Shown piece by piece: positions 63,830-64,000 of a DNA stretch of 64,000 bases (the stretch's first letter is position 1; every line of letters starts with the position of its first letter). Origin of the DNA: Candidatus Kaiserbacteria bacterium (GTDB lineage: Bacteria; Patescibacteriota; Minisyncoccia; Phycocordibacterales; UBA2100); assembly GCA_016186765.1 (NCBI GenBank), contig JACPLD010000005.1:13785-77784 (forward strand), written 5' to 3'. Both the position numbers and the translations under genes were made by a program. The notes below the pieces were generated by a model. It was not told the origin of the DNA. It was given only the letters and a program-made list of their open reading frames with translations, and did no database searches.

Positions 63830-63854
63830 AATGGCAAGGTAAGACCTTGCCATT
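63830..63854. repeat. CAAGGT-AAG-ACCTTG palindrome, copy B
   Basis: AATGGCAAGGTAAGACCTTGCCATT. Confidence 0.7.
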
Positions 63855-63878
63855 CAGAACTAAGGATTTACTAAGGAT

Positions 63879-64000
63879 TTAAAGCGATTGCCGGCGCAAA
63901 AGGATGGCATTCAAGGCGACGATCACAGTCGAGAGCGACATGAATACCGCTGCGAGGGCGGGCTCAAGAAGGATGCCGTACGAAGCAAGAACACCTGCCG
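63879..64000 (-). CDS. C-terminus of a heavy-metal P1B-type ATPase (CopB-like), partial
   Basis: [39 protein letters not shown]; MSLST motif. Confidence 0.85.
   Translation of the reverse strand, partial: AGVLASYGILLEPALAAVFMSLSTVIVALNAILLRRQSL

Overview
Chromosomal segment of a small-genome bacterium. The gene set and style suggest Patescibacteria/Parcubacteria (CPR), which is an inference: class II RNR, a compact RNase P RNA, -10 boxes directly upstream of ATG, and many peptidoglycan-binding secreted proteins. Most genes lie on the minus strand. Housekeeping content: tRNA-Gly(CCC), lepA, murJ, rnpB, nrdJ, tRNA-Ser(GGA), htpX, lemA, groES/groEL, secG, rnj, a mutY-like gene, ddl, nth, yvcK, a SAM-I riboswitch plus metK, glmS and msrB. 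Accessory content: an AT-richer MazG-like plus EVE-like/PD-(D/E)XK nuclease module, a Cys-rich repeat protein, a 2442-aa surface protein, and a copper/thiol-redox cluster containing nirK. The most unusual signals are non-coding. (1) An orphan ~390-nt highly structured RNA with its own promoter and terminator (40897-41290, minus strand). (2) A ~110-nt three-way-junction repeat in 4 copies plus 1 divergent relative, with compensatory changes, always 3-5 nt past a stop codon and folding best on the non-mRNA strand. (3) Three small genes (four-helix-bundle remnant, GIY-YIG nuclease, ArsR-type wHTH), each bracketed by its own repeat. Solo copies of two of these repeats, and several other mini-palindrome families, are scattered through promoters, rnpB and in frame inside proteins, with a marked cluster in mutY. 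All calls were made by eye; no searches or folding programs were run.
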